From: Tubulanus polymorphus
Lineage: Eukaryota > Animalia > Nemertea
Reading direction: 5' to 3'
Assembly: GCF_964204645.1 (NCBI RefSeq)
Contig: NC_134031.1
Coordinates: 5,208,001 to 5,272,000, forward strand
DNA: 64,000 bases
Shown: positions 25,201 through 36,250 of the stretch, in pieces
How the letters are laid out: each line of letters opens with the position of its first letter
Position numbering within the stretch: position 1 is the first letter of the stretch
Program-made: the position numbers and the translations under genes
Notes under the pieces: generated by a model
Seen by the model: only the letters and a program-made list of their open reading frames with translations
Databases searched by the model: none
Told to the model about the DNA's origin: nothing

Positions 25201-28200
25201 GGTCCGCGCTGCGTGTAATTCATCAATGGATTTATGTCGCCGAAACTTTAACGTCAGCTTAGCGAGACTTATGTCGAAAGTCGCGATCATTCGCTTCTCT
25301 TTTGTGCGACAAAAGACAAAATTCTTGTCCCGTACGTGATTCGCGGCGTGTTGCTACGCGACAGATGTCCTCGTGATGCAAACAAATGTTTTTCATTTTA
25401 CAGGTGATATTTCCGAAGGTCGTCCCCACTAAAACCGCCGCAAATCGTTCAGTGACCTGCGCGGCATGGCATTTTTACACTGGGAGATTTGATTTGATTT
25501 GTTTTTGTGTCCCTTACAAACCTTGCACACCAGTCGGGACGAAACAGGGGGTTTGATTTTGAAATTGGAAATCGACATATAGCTGGGTGATCGTTTAAGA
25601 TCTACAGAATTTTCTTTAAATCGAAGTACGTTATTGGAAATTTCCGTTCCAGTTCACGTATATTATTTTCCAACCAGTCTGAACTGGCAAGCTACTCGAG
25701 GATATAAATTATCAGGCCACATTTTTCAAGGTCATACTTACTTCGCCACGGTGTCGTTCAGTAATGTATCGAAATACTGACTCCATGCCTTGCCGACTGA
25801 GGCTGCTCCAATCATATTCTCCAGAATCATATTCCAACCAATCACGAACGCCCACAGTTCGCCCATGCTGACGTAACAGTATACGTACGCCGAGCCAGCC
25901 TTCGGTACCCTAGCCGCGAATTCCGCATAGCACAGACCTAGGAAACGGATTTTATATTTAGCAGAAAAATGCATTTTCTAGTTAGTTTTAGACATATCAG
26001 ATTCTAACTAAAACGTGTATATATATATACATTTCTTTATTCCATATTCATATTGTATACATCGTGAATATTCGGACAATTCTTTCGGGCTTTTAAGTGA
26101 TAGATATCAGCACGAATTTACCACACAATGAATCAAATTGATGGGAATTTAAGTTAATTAAATGTACATGTTTAGATTAATTGAATTTGGACAACGTACC
26201 AGCGAGAAGCGAGGCGACAGCAGCAATGAGGAATGATAGCACGACTGCTGGACCAGCTTGTTCTTTGGCCACCTGACCAGTAAGCACGTAAACACCTGAT
26301 CCTAGAGTACTGCCAATACCTATCAAGGAGAGAAAAAACAATGTATTTCGATAGTTAATCACGGACTCTAGCAAGAAACATGCAAAAGCAAATCTCCTCT
26401 TCTCATTCTAGATCATAGTTTGTTTACCAACCAGTTCAGAGGTCTTGCCATCAATAATCAGGATTTGGTTCCATAGTCGAAACTACAGTCCAGAAGTGGT
26501 CTTAACCCTTAAGAGTGGTCACAAGTTGTTAGAATGGCAATAGAACTAAGATGGTATTGGACTGGTCTAAGCAATGACTATGGAACTGGGGATTTACAAA
26601 CTTCGAGGATCTCTCATGTAAAACACTTAATGTGTTCGTCATTCAATATGGCAGACATGGCTGTAAGACCTTTATTCCATCAAAAGATTGATAGTTAAAA
26701 GATCTTAGAACATTTCTTTTCGCAGACAAAAGGGGATTGAGAATTATTTGCGTGTCTTCTTGTTGATTTGAATGAAGTTGAGCAGTCTGCACAGACGAAA
26801 CGAAACATTAGCGATGTCAGTGTGGAACTGAAAATGTGTTTGTTACTTCCACTGCGCGGCGTACGACTTCGTAATCAACTGCTGTTCATAAAGATCAAAC
26901 GCAACGGGCTTTTTGAAGCTTTTCATCAGTAATTAACTTAGTTAATATTCGACAGGTGACTCGGCGCTGATCGATTGGATTCTCGGCGCTGATTGGCGGA
27001 TATATCTGGCGTAGTTTTATCGCTCGATGCTCGTAAGATAAATCATTTAGTTGATTTGGTTTTCCGTCTTGAAACTGTTACAACATCGCGAAATGTGGAA
27101 ATTATTCAATTCACACGGCATTAACGCGTTCAATCACGTTCTAACCGCCCCCGTGTTGCGACGAATGTGACAAAACCGCTTGTCTCGGGAGCTCACTTGT
27201 TTCAATTGTTTCTCTCTTCTCTCTCCGTGCTCTCTCTCTCTCTTCCAGCATCAACAAGTGCGCGCAGAGATGGAACGCACCGTTACCATAGAAACAGGTA
27301 AGTTATAAGTCCATTAGAGCTGACCAAACACGACATTGGAAATCGGCTGATTGCTAGTGCGTAGTCGATGATTTGTGAGAAGTGCCAACTTCCTTCCAAC
27401 GAAACTATGCGGTAACTATGCCCGGCAATATAAGTTGATAAAAGCAAAAATAATCGTAGTTTTCTAGGTAAAAAGACGTGTTTTCCGAAGTGATGTTCAT
27501 TTAGTGATGGCCACCATGCAATAAGGCAATTTAAGCCTTAATGATTAGCATGTTGATGCAACGTAATCATTTCTCGTCACATCAAAGGTCTGTCACGATA
27601 TCAATTTTCGTAATGTCCGTATTCCGGCATGATATTATCAGCATTTATCGACGCGTTACTAAAGCTCGGGTTATGAAGCGAATGCAATTTAGGTGGGTTA
27701 GGTCATGTACTAGAAAAACACATGGACTCGTTCTAGAGTCTATGGATATGTTATGCATTACATTAAATTTGGTGAGGGGTATATATGGCTATACGTAGTA
27801 AAGATCGTTTTGGCATTCGGCCTCGTTGGCTTTAGTGGCTAGGGCGCGTGCTAGCGTTCCGTTGCCTGGCTGTTCGATTCCCGATTCTTATGGAAATTTT
27901 CTTAATACAGCGGATTCGCGCATGCGCATTGGTTGTTTCGTGGACGCTCTGGAATATCACGCAAATAGCGAGGTAAACACAGACTACGGGACGAGGTACC
28001 GGAAATTAAGCTAATGGGCCACGATCGTTTCTCAAGGTCGTTTTGCTATAAGCAGTATATCCGAGTCCTGCATAACTCGATCAATTCAGTTTGACACCCA
28101 ACAAAAATAATTTCTTGAATGACATGAGTGTATTCTGAGATGTTTTTCTAAACCACAAACAACAAAAAATGCATTACCTCCGACGATATGTCAAATACTT

Positions 28201-28446
28201 TGCGGTGAATATGCTGAGCATTTTCCACTAAACTTGCTGTAATGATATTTGCATATCATTGATGCAAATCATTTAGAACAGCCAATTACAATTGCCTCTT
28301 TTCTGTTTTGGATGCTTACCTAAGCACGTAAGTTCAACGACCCCTAGACATCGCTTGAGTTCGGTTTCTTGAATGTGACTGGTGTCCAATTGTTTCGTAC
28401 GAGTTATACCTTTCCAGAACGATTTGAGCGCTTCGGTCACCGCCAT
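19235..28446 (-). CDS. SLC7A: Cationic amino acid transporter (SLC7 CAT subfamily, APC superfamily), 701 aa
   Basis: Exons complement(28320..28446, 26200..26319, 25742..25937, 22277..22391, 21250..21387, 19645..20929, 19235..19359) = 2106 nt, all GT-AG and in frame. Motifs [83 protein letters not shown] and IYFGYG. The exact paralog (SLC7A1-4/14) cannot be resolved by eye. Confidence 0.96.
19438..19630. mobile_element. Tc1/mariner-type MITE filling most of the last SLC7A intron
   Basis: TA-CAGTAAAAACCTCGCCTTACTCGGACA ... TGTCCGAGTAAGGTGAGGTAGATATTG-TA. A partial relative lies at about 15975-16118. Confidence 0.7.
24485..24590. repeat. Imperfect 106-bp inverted repeat in the 3.3-kb SLC7A intron
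   Basis: GATGATCTAGCTGAT..ACATTGAA..AGATGATACA / TGTATCATCT..TTCAATGT.ATCAGCTAGATTATC. Confidence 0.65.
25490..25574 (+). repeat. Dispersed repeat of about 55-85 bp (4 copies)
   Basis: CCCTTACAAACC...CACACC...GAAACAGGGGGTTTGATTT at about 255-310 (+), 25490-25574 (+), 46141-46220 (-) and 58491-58540 (+). Confidence 0.65.
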
Positions 28447-31400
28447 TTTTTCAGTCACTGAAAAAGATAAAGTAGAAAATTGTCATTTAAACATATAGAA
28501 AAAATCATGGAAATCCGTAATCTTACGCGAAGAGGCGAAACCAAAACCGTGGTCGTTGCACCTCTGAAATTTTAATTTTAGTTGGTCATAACGTCGGTCA
28601 TGGTGAGACCTAATTATACCGCCGAAACAGGAGACAGAACCATGTCTCCGAGCGTCAAAAAAGCAAAAAAAACATGTTTTCGGTATCATGTTTCCGATGT
28701 TTGATTCCGTGTTTCTGCGTTTTCGTATTTACCTGTGTTGTGAGCGTTGGGCTTTAGATCGACAACAGTCAGTCATTTTTCGACTATTCTTGTGCAAACA
28801 AGTTCGAGCGGGATAAATTTCGTTATTTTTTTTTCAAATATTTTTGTGTTATCGAATATCTCATATTCAATAATCCTTACGCATATCACATTCGTATTAC
28901 ATAAAAACGCCTACCCAGCGACAGATTTAAGTTATACGCTAATACCGGATTAGACAAGTAACGAATATGTTTATCATCGTAAGAAATTCATCGTATCATC
29001 TTACTGCGTACGAAATAAGTCTATACATCATCGCTTATTGATGATGTTCTTCGGAGCGTTTTTCCATCAAAGCACTGCATATACGAGCACCACCGACCAA
29101 CAAAAACGAACTATAACGCTGTTTAGACGTTGCAGCGGAGAATATGGCAGCGATGGCACTCGATCGACTGTTGGCTAAACTAATATTGTCGCCAATCCAT
29201 TCGTTGTCGTTCGATGAAAGGACTTTCGCCGGATCAACAGCATTGCACGCAGTCGTGATATAAATTAAACTCCGCACAAAGACACAGTGTCGTGTCTGTG
29301 CGATGGCTCCGTGTTTTCGTGTCCGCCATGAAGCCCATCTGTATTGACGAATAAAACCCACGATTGAAGAAAATGATGTCAACGTCAAATCAAATCTACG
29401 AGCCATTTTCAAAACACATTTATTTCACACTAGACGATGATCTCTAGTAAGAATAAACCATTTTACAGTTGCTAGCCGCCATTTTGTTAGGGTACTTTTG
29501 TCCCGTATTGTTGGGTCGTTTTTTTCTCTTTTTAAAAACTATCCGTGATGTGTGTTGTATCATATTTCATCTGTCCATGGATGGATTTTGACAGTTTCAG
29601 CAACATTCAAACCGCATAAATCTCTAGTTTTCAGTTATGTAAAAATCATTTTTCAAATTTGCAACAATGCGACATGAGAGCGATATAAAAATTGGCGGTC
29701 AGTTTTTTCCGTGCGCATAGAAATCAAGGGTACTGAACTTTGAAGTTCGTTATTTTCAGAAATAATTTTCTAAAAAAATCCAAGCATTTCAAGAACTGTG
29801 CGCATAAATGCCCTCTTTCAGGTGAACTTTGAAATGTGGCATAGAAACGTCGCGTCCTCTGTTTTCGATTTCTAATTTCTAAATTATATTATTCTTACTA
29901 TATCATTATATATAAATTCTCTATATGATTATTTTGTTTTGAATTTGCACTTAGCGGGTTATGTTATATCATCTGTTATCAACATCGGCTATTCTACTAA
30001 ATTTATCTTTACTACATTCATTTTCGTTTTTTTCAAATGCCTCTTAGATTTGAGTCGAAACGTTAAAAGCCTTTTACAGTTTTTCTTATATGTTTTATTC
30101 ATCATCTGAAAAAACCGTCTATCTGTGTGTCTACGTGCTAGCAATCTGGGCCCACTCGCTTTCGTTGTTACGGACTGCTCATATATGATTATCGGGCCAT
30201 TCAACAAGATCTTCGTGTCAAGAAAAAAATTACCAACAAGCTTCCAACTAGAGCCAAAAACTGGCTACGTCCATCAAAGATCTTTGAATTCTTTTTGACG
30301 TTTAAATCTACCAGTAAAAGAATCATCATCTCTTCTTAGTTTTTAAATGTCGATACACACGGTTCAACGGTTAGTTTCCGAACATCGTGGCAATAGCTTT
30401 TGACGCGTCTCCCGTTTTCATTGCGACCGATTACACGGATAAACGAGACACACGGGGTAAAATTGAATGAAGTGCCACTAACGGGATGTAATCGGATCGG
30501 CTTGATAAAACCGTATTAGCCTCTACCACGTTATCAATCAATTTGGCGTCGATTATGTCGTCTGGCGTCGATGAAATCAATACGGTATCGTTTCCCGGTC
30601 GATCGTAAACAGTCGCTGGTTACAAAACGGTCGATTTGTCACGCGCGACTGCACCGGAAGTGACATAATCGCATTCTTTCGGCGCGAAATAGTCGATCTT
30701 TGCCGAGTCTTCCGGCTGCAGAGATAACACTTCTACACTTCCTGTCGTGGGTTTTGGGTTCTGCCCTGCCCTGGGAAAGCTAGTATAGGGGGAGGGGCAA
30801 TCGAACGCAGGGTTGGATCCGGGGGTATATGGGGTGCGCACCATCTCCCTATAAGTTTCAATTTGCCCTGAAACTTTACGGGAACATAAGGAATATCGAA
30901 ATGATTCCTTAAGATTCTAAGATTCTAACCTTTCCGGAAATAAGTTAGGGTTTTCCGATGAGCTTTCTATGTGGGAGGAGTGGGATGCCCTTTTAATCCT
31001 AGTAATCATGCCCGATATTGGGCGTGCATCCCTCAGACATGGAATTCTATAGACACTTAGGTTATGAATGGGATGTTTCTTTTTCTAAACCATCATGCAG
31101 GTAAAGAGATTTAGAAAGTTATCCTTTCGCCAATATCGTTGCTTTTTATAATATATACACACGAACAATCGAACGATAGCTTTGATGTCGATCCTCACCG
31201 AACCGACCACGAATCCCGGGCAAGATCTGTCGCACGCGCGGAACAAGTCGCGTAATAATCTCATTTCCTCAGATGATTTGACACACTATACGACATGTAC
31301 TACGTATTTACCTCGCGTACGCCTCGGAGGAAACTATGTCTATGATGAAGATTGCGCTTTTCCCTCGGTGTTTATGAATAATAACGTACGTATCGTCGAC

Positions 31401-32059
31401 GACGCCGGAGTCGTTTCGCCTACGATCGAATACCCTATCGAGGGCATGCCGTACGTCGTTTGCAGCTCGTTTCGCCGTCGAATCAAACGTCGACTGACGC
31501 ATACTCTCGCTTTGATCTTCGAACGATTACATTCCCGGTAACTTACTACCCCGGCGACGGTATCTATCGACAACGTATTTAATTTATTGGCGCGTCGATA
31601 TCAACAACAGTACGAAGCAAACGATTTACCATTATTGGAAAGAGATTAAAGGACTTTCCTATCGGCGATAAACGTACGATTGATTAATCTTATATTTGAT
31701 TAAAATTGTCATTTTGATGATTATTTTCACTGTTCGAAGCCTTAACGCTTATATCGCTCAGTATAGTTAGTATATACCTTGTCATACCTGTGTACAGTCG
31801 GTGTGTCTTATCGCGTCAAAATCACTACCAACATATGGAATATGTCCCTACACCCTTGCCCTATTACCACACGTATTCTACATTTGGACCCGGCTTTGAA
31901 CTGGATTTTTAGGCTACCGAATCAATTCACTATCCCGATGATATATCGTGAAAAGAAACTGCTTTTCTAAGTAACAGGTGATTTTCGAGGTTTTTTTAAA
32001 TTTTTTTTAAACACCCTCAATCCGCTAAGCGGGTTCGATGTTTCTTTTTCCCAATGGGG

Positions 32060-32133
32060 GAGAGACGAGAGAAGAACCCTGGATTGACGAAACCAGTGAC
32101 CGGCGGCTTAAACCACTCGACCACTGCGCCTCT
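32060..32133 (-). mobile_element. tRNA-derived SINE head (degenerate)
   Basis: Minus strand GGCGCAGTGGTCGAGTGGTTTAAG. The B box is degenerate. A related A-box head lies at about 55558-55600 (+). Confidence 0.4.
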
Positions 32134-32978
32134 TTCGACGTTTACTCCGCTAAAACGGAATAAACTATTTTTCTCGAAGCTCAAAAGAGTATGGTAATTC
32201 CGAAAAACTGGAAATATTTACAAATTTACGTATGTCCCCGGGATGCTTCCGCTGTTATTACTGGACCCACTAAACATAAATACATAGAACTCATTTTTCT
32301 GCTCAGTGATCGTGGTTTAGTTTTGATAATATCGAAAAGTGAAGTTCATTCGATTTTTACTGAGAATCATTATTGGGAATAATAAGTCATCGATAAGCTA
32401 GGTTAGATTCGAAACGTAAGTCAAAATCAGCTTTCAGATATTTTCCCTTAAGAACGGTCTAACTAACGCGCGTGCCAATCCAAGTGGGTAAAGCGAAATT
32501 TAAATGGACTCCCACTAGGAGAAATTGAATTTAAGTTGACCAGATGACCTTATACATGTATTTCATTACGGCATATGCCATTCGTGCTAATGCAACATTA
32601 CATACGCATTATTCTATTATCACAGATGCAACGACATCATTATGAAGATTGTTTGATAAAGGTTAAAGGTATCCCTTTCTTCTGCGATATCTGTTTCGTT
32701 CATTCAAACAAAAACGTTGAAGTTTAAAATCCTATGTAAATTGATGAGATCATACATGTAATGAACGTATAAATTGTTTATTCTATGAAAACATGTTCAT
32801 TTGCAGGTTTATTTTAAGATGGGTGGGAACACTGTGGTCTGTTTGTACCACTGATGCTAACGAATCAAAGGGGGTAGGGGACATTAGATGAAAAATAAAA
32901 AAATTGTTATGTAAAATACATGTCCGACATTTCACCGATAACTTTTTAGTGTCTTATGTCATGATTTTACGGAAATCG

Positions 32979-33123
<145 letters not shown>

Positions 33124-33406
33124 ATAGTTTAATCGAAGCTTTTTCCAGGGCTTCGCGTTAAATGACGAAGAATACGCAGAATCTTTATCGACAATATACG
33201 ACGTCTATATTGATTTTTTTTGCAATAAACAGCAATAAAACCTAAGCGACAAAAGGAGTATATATGCAGTGAACAAAAGTAAGATATAGGATTAGACACT
33301 GCACGAATTTGTTATACGAATCGAATAAAATTGATTGATATGATAGATACACAATACGCGTAGTCACTATTTGAACACTAGTACCCGTGTTGTGACGATA
33401 ACGTAG

Positions 33407-33597
33407 AGAGAATCCTACGATAATGACGAAAAACGAGGTCCGAAAATGTTTCCTAGAGCTAGTTTATTCGTCGTTTATATTCTAATTCAGTGTTCCTGAA
33501 GATGACTACAAGAATTTATAGTCGAAACGTCGAATAAACTACTAGCTCTAGGAAACATTTTTGGACTTCGTTTTTCGTCATTATTGTGGGATTCTCT
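33407..33597. mobile_element. About 190-bp fold-back element: inverted pair of Penelope-like terminal repeats
   Basis: Inverted arms of about 65-70 bp (AGAGAATCCTACGATAATGACGAAAAACGAGGTCCGAAAATGTTTCCTAGAGCTAGT... vs ...ACTAGCTCTAGGAAACATTTTTGGACTTCGTTTTTCGTCATTATTGTGGGATTCTCT) enclose the hammerhead motif. Confidence 0.7.
33489..33540 (+). ncRNA. Minimal type I hammerhead ribozyme (Penelope-associated type)
   Basis: TGTTC-CTGAAGA-T-GACTA(loop)TAGTC-GAAA-CG-TC/GAATA. The CUGANGA and GAAA cores are intact, helix II is 5 bp, helix III is reduced to palindromic ACGU, and helix I is TGTTC:GAATA. Predicted GUC cleavage after 33531. Confidence 0.7.
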
Positions 33598-35295
33598 GTA
33601 TATTATGGAGCCTTCTGTGAAATAGGGCCACCTCCTATAGACGTCCTAACCCTATACGAATGATTTTGATTTGTTTATTATTCCAGAAAGCATGGCTGTG
33701 GAAACGCTCAATCATTACTACTACTTGTGATGGTGTCAGGGTGGCTTACATAGAAGGCAGCCATTTTCATGGTAGTTTGTCTGGAGATCAGCACTCGCTC
33801 GGGTCAAGTTCAAGCTTTACGCCGAGTTGATTTCTTAAGGAAAACGTTTAACCCAGATTGATTATAATGCAATAAATCATTCATGCAATTTAGTACTAAA
33901 TTAAAGAAGAAATCCTAAGTTCTTAAGCAAGTACTGCAGAAGGCCATCTAATGAGTGTGTCTCTTACCTGCTATATAACGAACGGAATGCACGGGGAATA
34001 AATCCTTTGCGGGTCGTTGAAAACAAGTATGTGTATACATTCTATACACCTAAAAAAGTGGTTTTTGGACTCGGACAATAGAGGGTATAAAGCATTTTTA
34101 TTTCTTGAAAAATTATTTGTCCAAGTAGCGCATAATAAATCACTAAGCTTTATAAAAGCAATGCCACTTTACGAACAAAAAAAATTATTATTATCCGGGA
34201 CAAAAGATACGAGAAATTACAGCGACGTAATAGTGGCTGATTCGGTTTATGAAGGTAAAATTCCTGATACGCAACAGGCCCGTTTTGAATTTGGTTAGAA
34301 CTGAATAAGAGCCTTCTTACGAAAGGAATTGAAAAATTCGACGCTCAGATATAATATGGCTTCTCCGGGCAATTGCCGTTGATAGTAAGATGGTCTAAAA
34401 GATTTAACAAATTTAGTATGTATACATTTATAATGTTTTGATATTGTAACAAAATACAGTCTCGACCTGCGCAAACGAGAATGAAGCAGAAGGCTAGAAC
34501 TTCGAAGCAATATAACGGCAGCAAAGATCATCATTTCATTATTCCATTCACGTAAGACGTATATTTTTTTTGATAGAAAACATTTGTTTTGCAAAAACTA
34601 GAATTCGATATCGTGCTTGCGTTAGTTAGCGATTAGATATTAGTTTCAAAGGTGGTAAAATAGATATTGTATTAACGAGGGGAAATTGGTAAGTAATTTC
34701 AGCGGTGCGCTGCCATCGGTTATGTGCGTCACGCGTTGTTCGTATAATAAGTTAATCATCAATACCATTAATCATATCTAATCTACGTAATCGTGAAGTT
34801 TTTATTTCAACTATCGCACGCTTATAGATAGTCTATCTACGTACACTGTATCAAATCCGATATTCTCTAAGTTCGAGTGCCAAGGCCATGGCATTGGAGA
34901 GTATAGATAAAAAGGTATCGACGTATAAAGTTATACGCGGAATGGTTGGCCGAGGTTGCAATCACAAATTCCGGACAACTAGGACCGGTTCCATAGTCAA
35001 TACTAGTCCAAAAGTGGTCTTTAATCGTACGATTATGTGTATAAGCTGAGATGATGTTCGACCGCTCTTACTAAGCCGGTTCCTGACGTGTTACTCCATT
35101 TGAGGAAGGTTTATCGTTGACATAATAAGAGCGTGGGCCGCTAAGAGTTCGAATCACATATAAAAAATGTAGATGTCAAAAAGTATATCCGTATGCGTTA
35201 TTTATAATCAACATCGGTGTCAAGGTCGATTCCACCGCTGTCGTCTGCTGCGCGGATAACGTTACCACGGAACCATCACTAAAAGATCAAGGCCA

Positions 35296-35432
35296 GGGCC
35301 CAGTTCCACAGTTGTGCGTTAGAGTTTCCTCAGAGTTAAATATTAACTCGGAACTGTGGAACTGGACCCAGGGGCCCAGTTTCACAAATGGTTTAACTCT
35401 TAAAGGTTTAACCCTTTTTGTAAGACTGGGCC
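35296..35432. mobile_element. Two abutting palindromic mini-MITEs with GGCCCAGTT ends
   Basis: GGGCCCAGTTCCACAGTT...AACTGTGGAACTGGACCC is immediately followed by GGCCCAGTTTCACAAA...TTTGTAAGACTGGGCC. Relatives lie at about 26461-26590, 34982-35055 and 37591-37671. Confidence 0.65.
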
Positions 35433-35649
35433 TTAGAAGAAACGAGAAGGCATTTCTTGGATAAAGCAGCTATTCTGTATGCCTCTATTCGGGTTCCGCG
35501 TGGTTCCGCACTAATTTTTTAGATATTCTTGAAGAAATCCAGCCGAAAGGTTGCAATTTCTGAGAGTATGAATGCCGCATTTACAGATTTTAACGGTCTT
35601 GACGAAAAGGGCCACCTCAATGGGAAGACAGGCCTGGGGCCCGCCCATG

Positions 35650-36250
35650 TAAAACTAGAATATTTGCTCTCTAAGAATAGTCATTGGTTGTTTGATTATC
35701 GGGATGCCAGAACACGATTCCAATCTGCTTTCGTACATCGAAACACCCCTCCACATCCAAAGTAGGAAGGCAAATAACGCATTTGATCCATGTGGATAAA
35801 GATACCTACATTGGCTACCGATCAAGAACCGTATCGAGTGCATAATTCTAGCCACTGCTTACAAATGTCTTAGATCTCATGGCCCCTAATTACCTGCAGT
35901 CAATCAACTCCCCGTAAAATGGTGATAGCAGTAAAGACATGCCTTGATTACTGGTCATCTAGTCTATATTGCTTTTAGCTCAACTTGTATCTGATGGCCA
36001 AAGAGCCCTTTACTATTATGCGCCATATCTTTAGAGTAAGTACACATACATTCAAATTCTAGTCCATCCTTGGGTGCTTTTAAGACTCATACTCTTGCCA
36101 TAGCTTATTCTGAACTAGATCTAATCTTTTTATGTCCTTTTGTTGTTGTTTTTATTCTTTCATTTTCTAATTCATGAATCTTAATTTATAAGCCATAAGA
36201 GCATCTTTTTTATGGAATTATGGCATTTAATTATTATCGTTATCATTGAT
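35650..36250 (+). mobile_element. Decayed 3' end of an L2/CR1-group LINE
   Basis: Broken reading LHWLPIKNRIECIILATAYKCL..MAPNYLQS (from 35806) and DGQRALYYYAPYL resembles the LHWLP..RI.FK..APxYL..GxRAF..AP.LW C-terminus of L2/CR1 ORF2. It has frameshifts and stops and ends in a TTA-rich tail. Confidence 0.7.

Noticed and set aside
32838-32857. TTGTACCACTGATG resembles the 3' part of miR-1992
   Set aside because: The seed does not match and no pre-miRNA hairpin forms.
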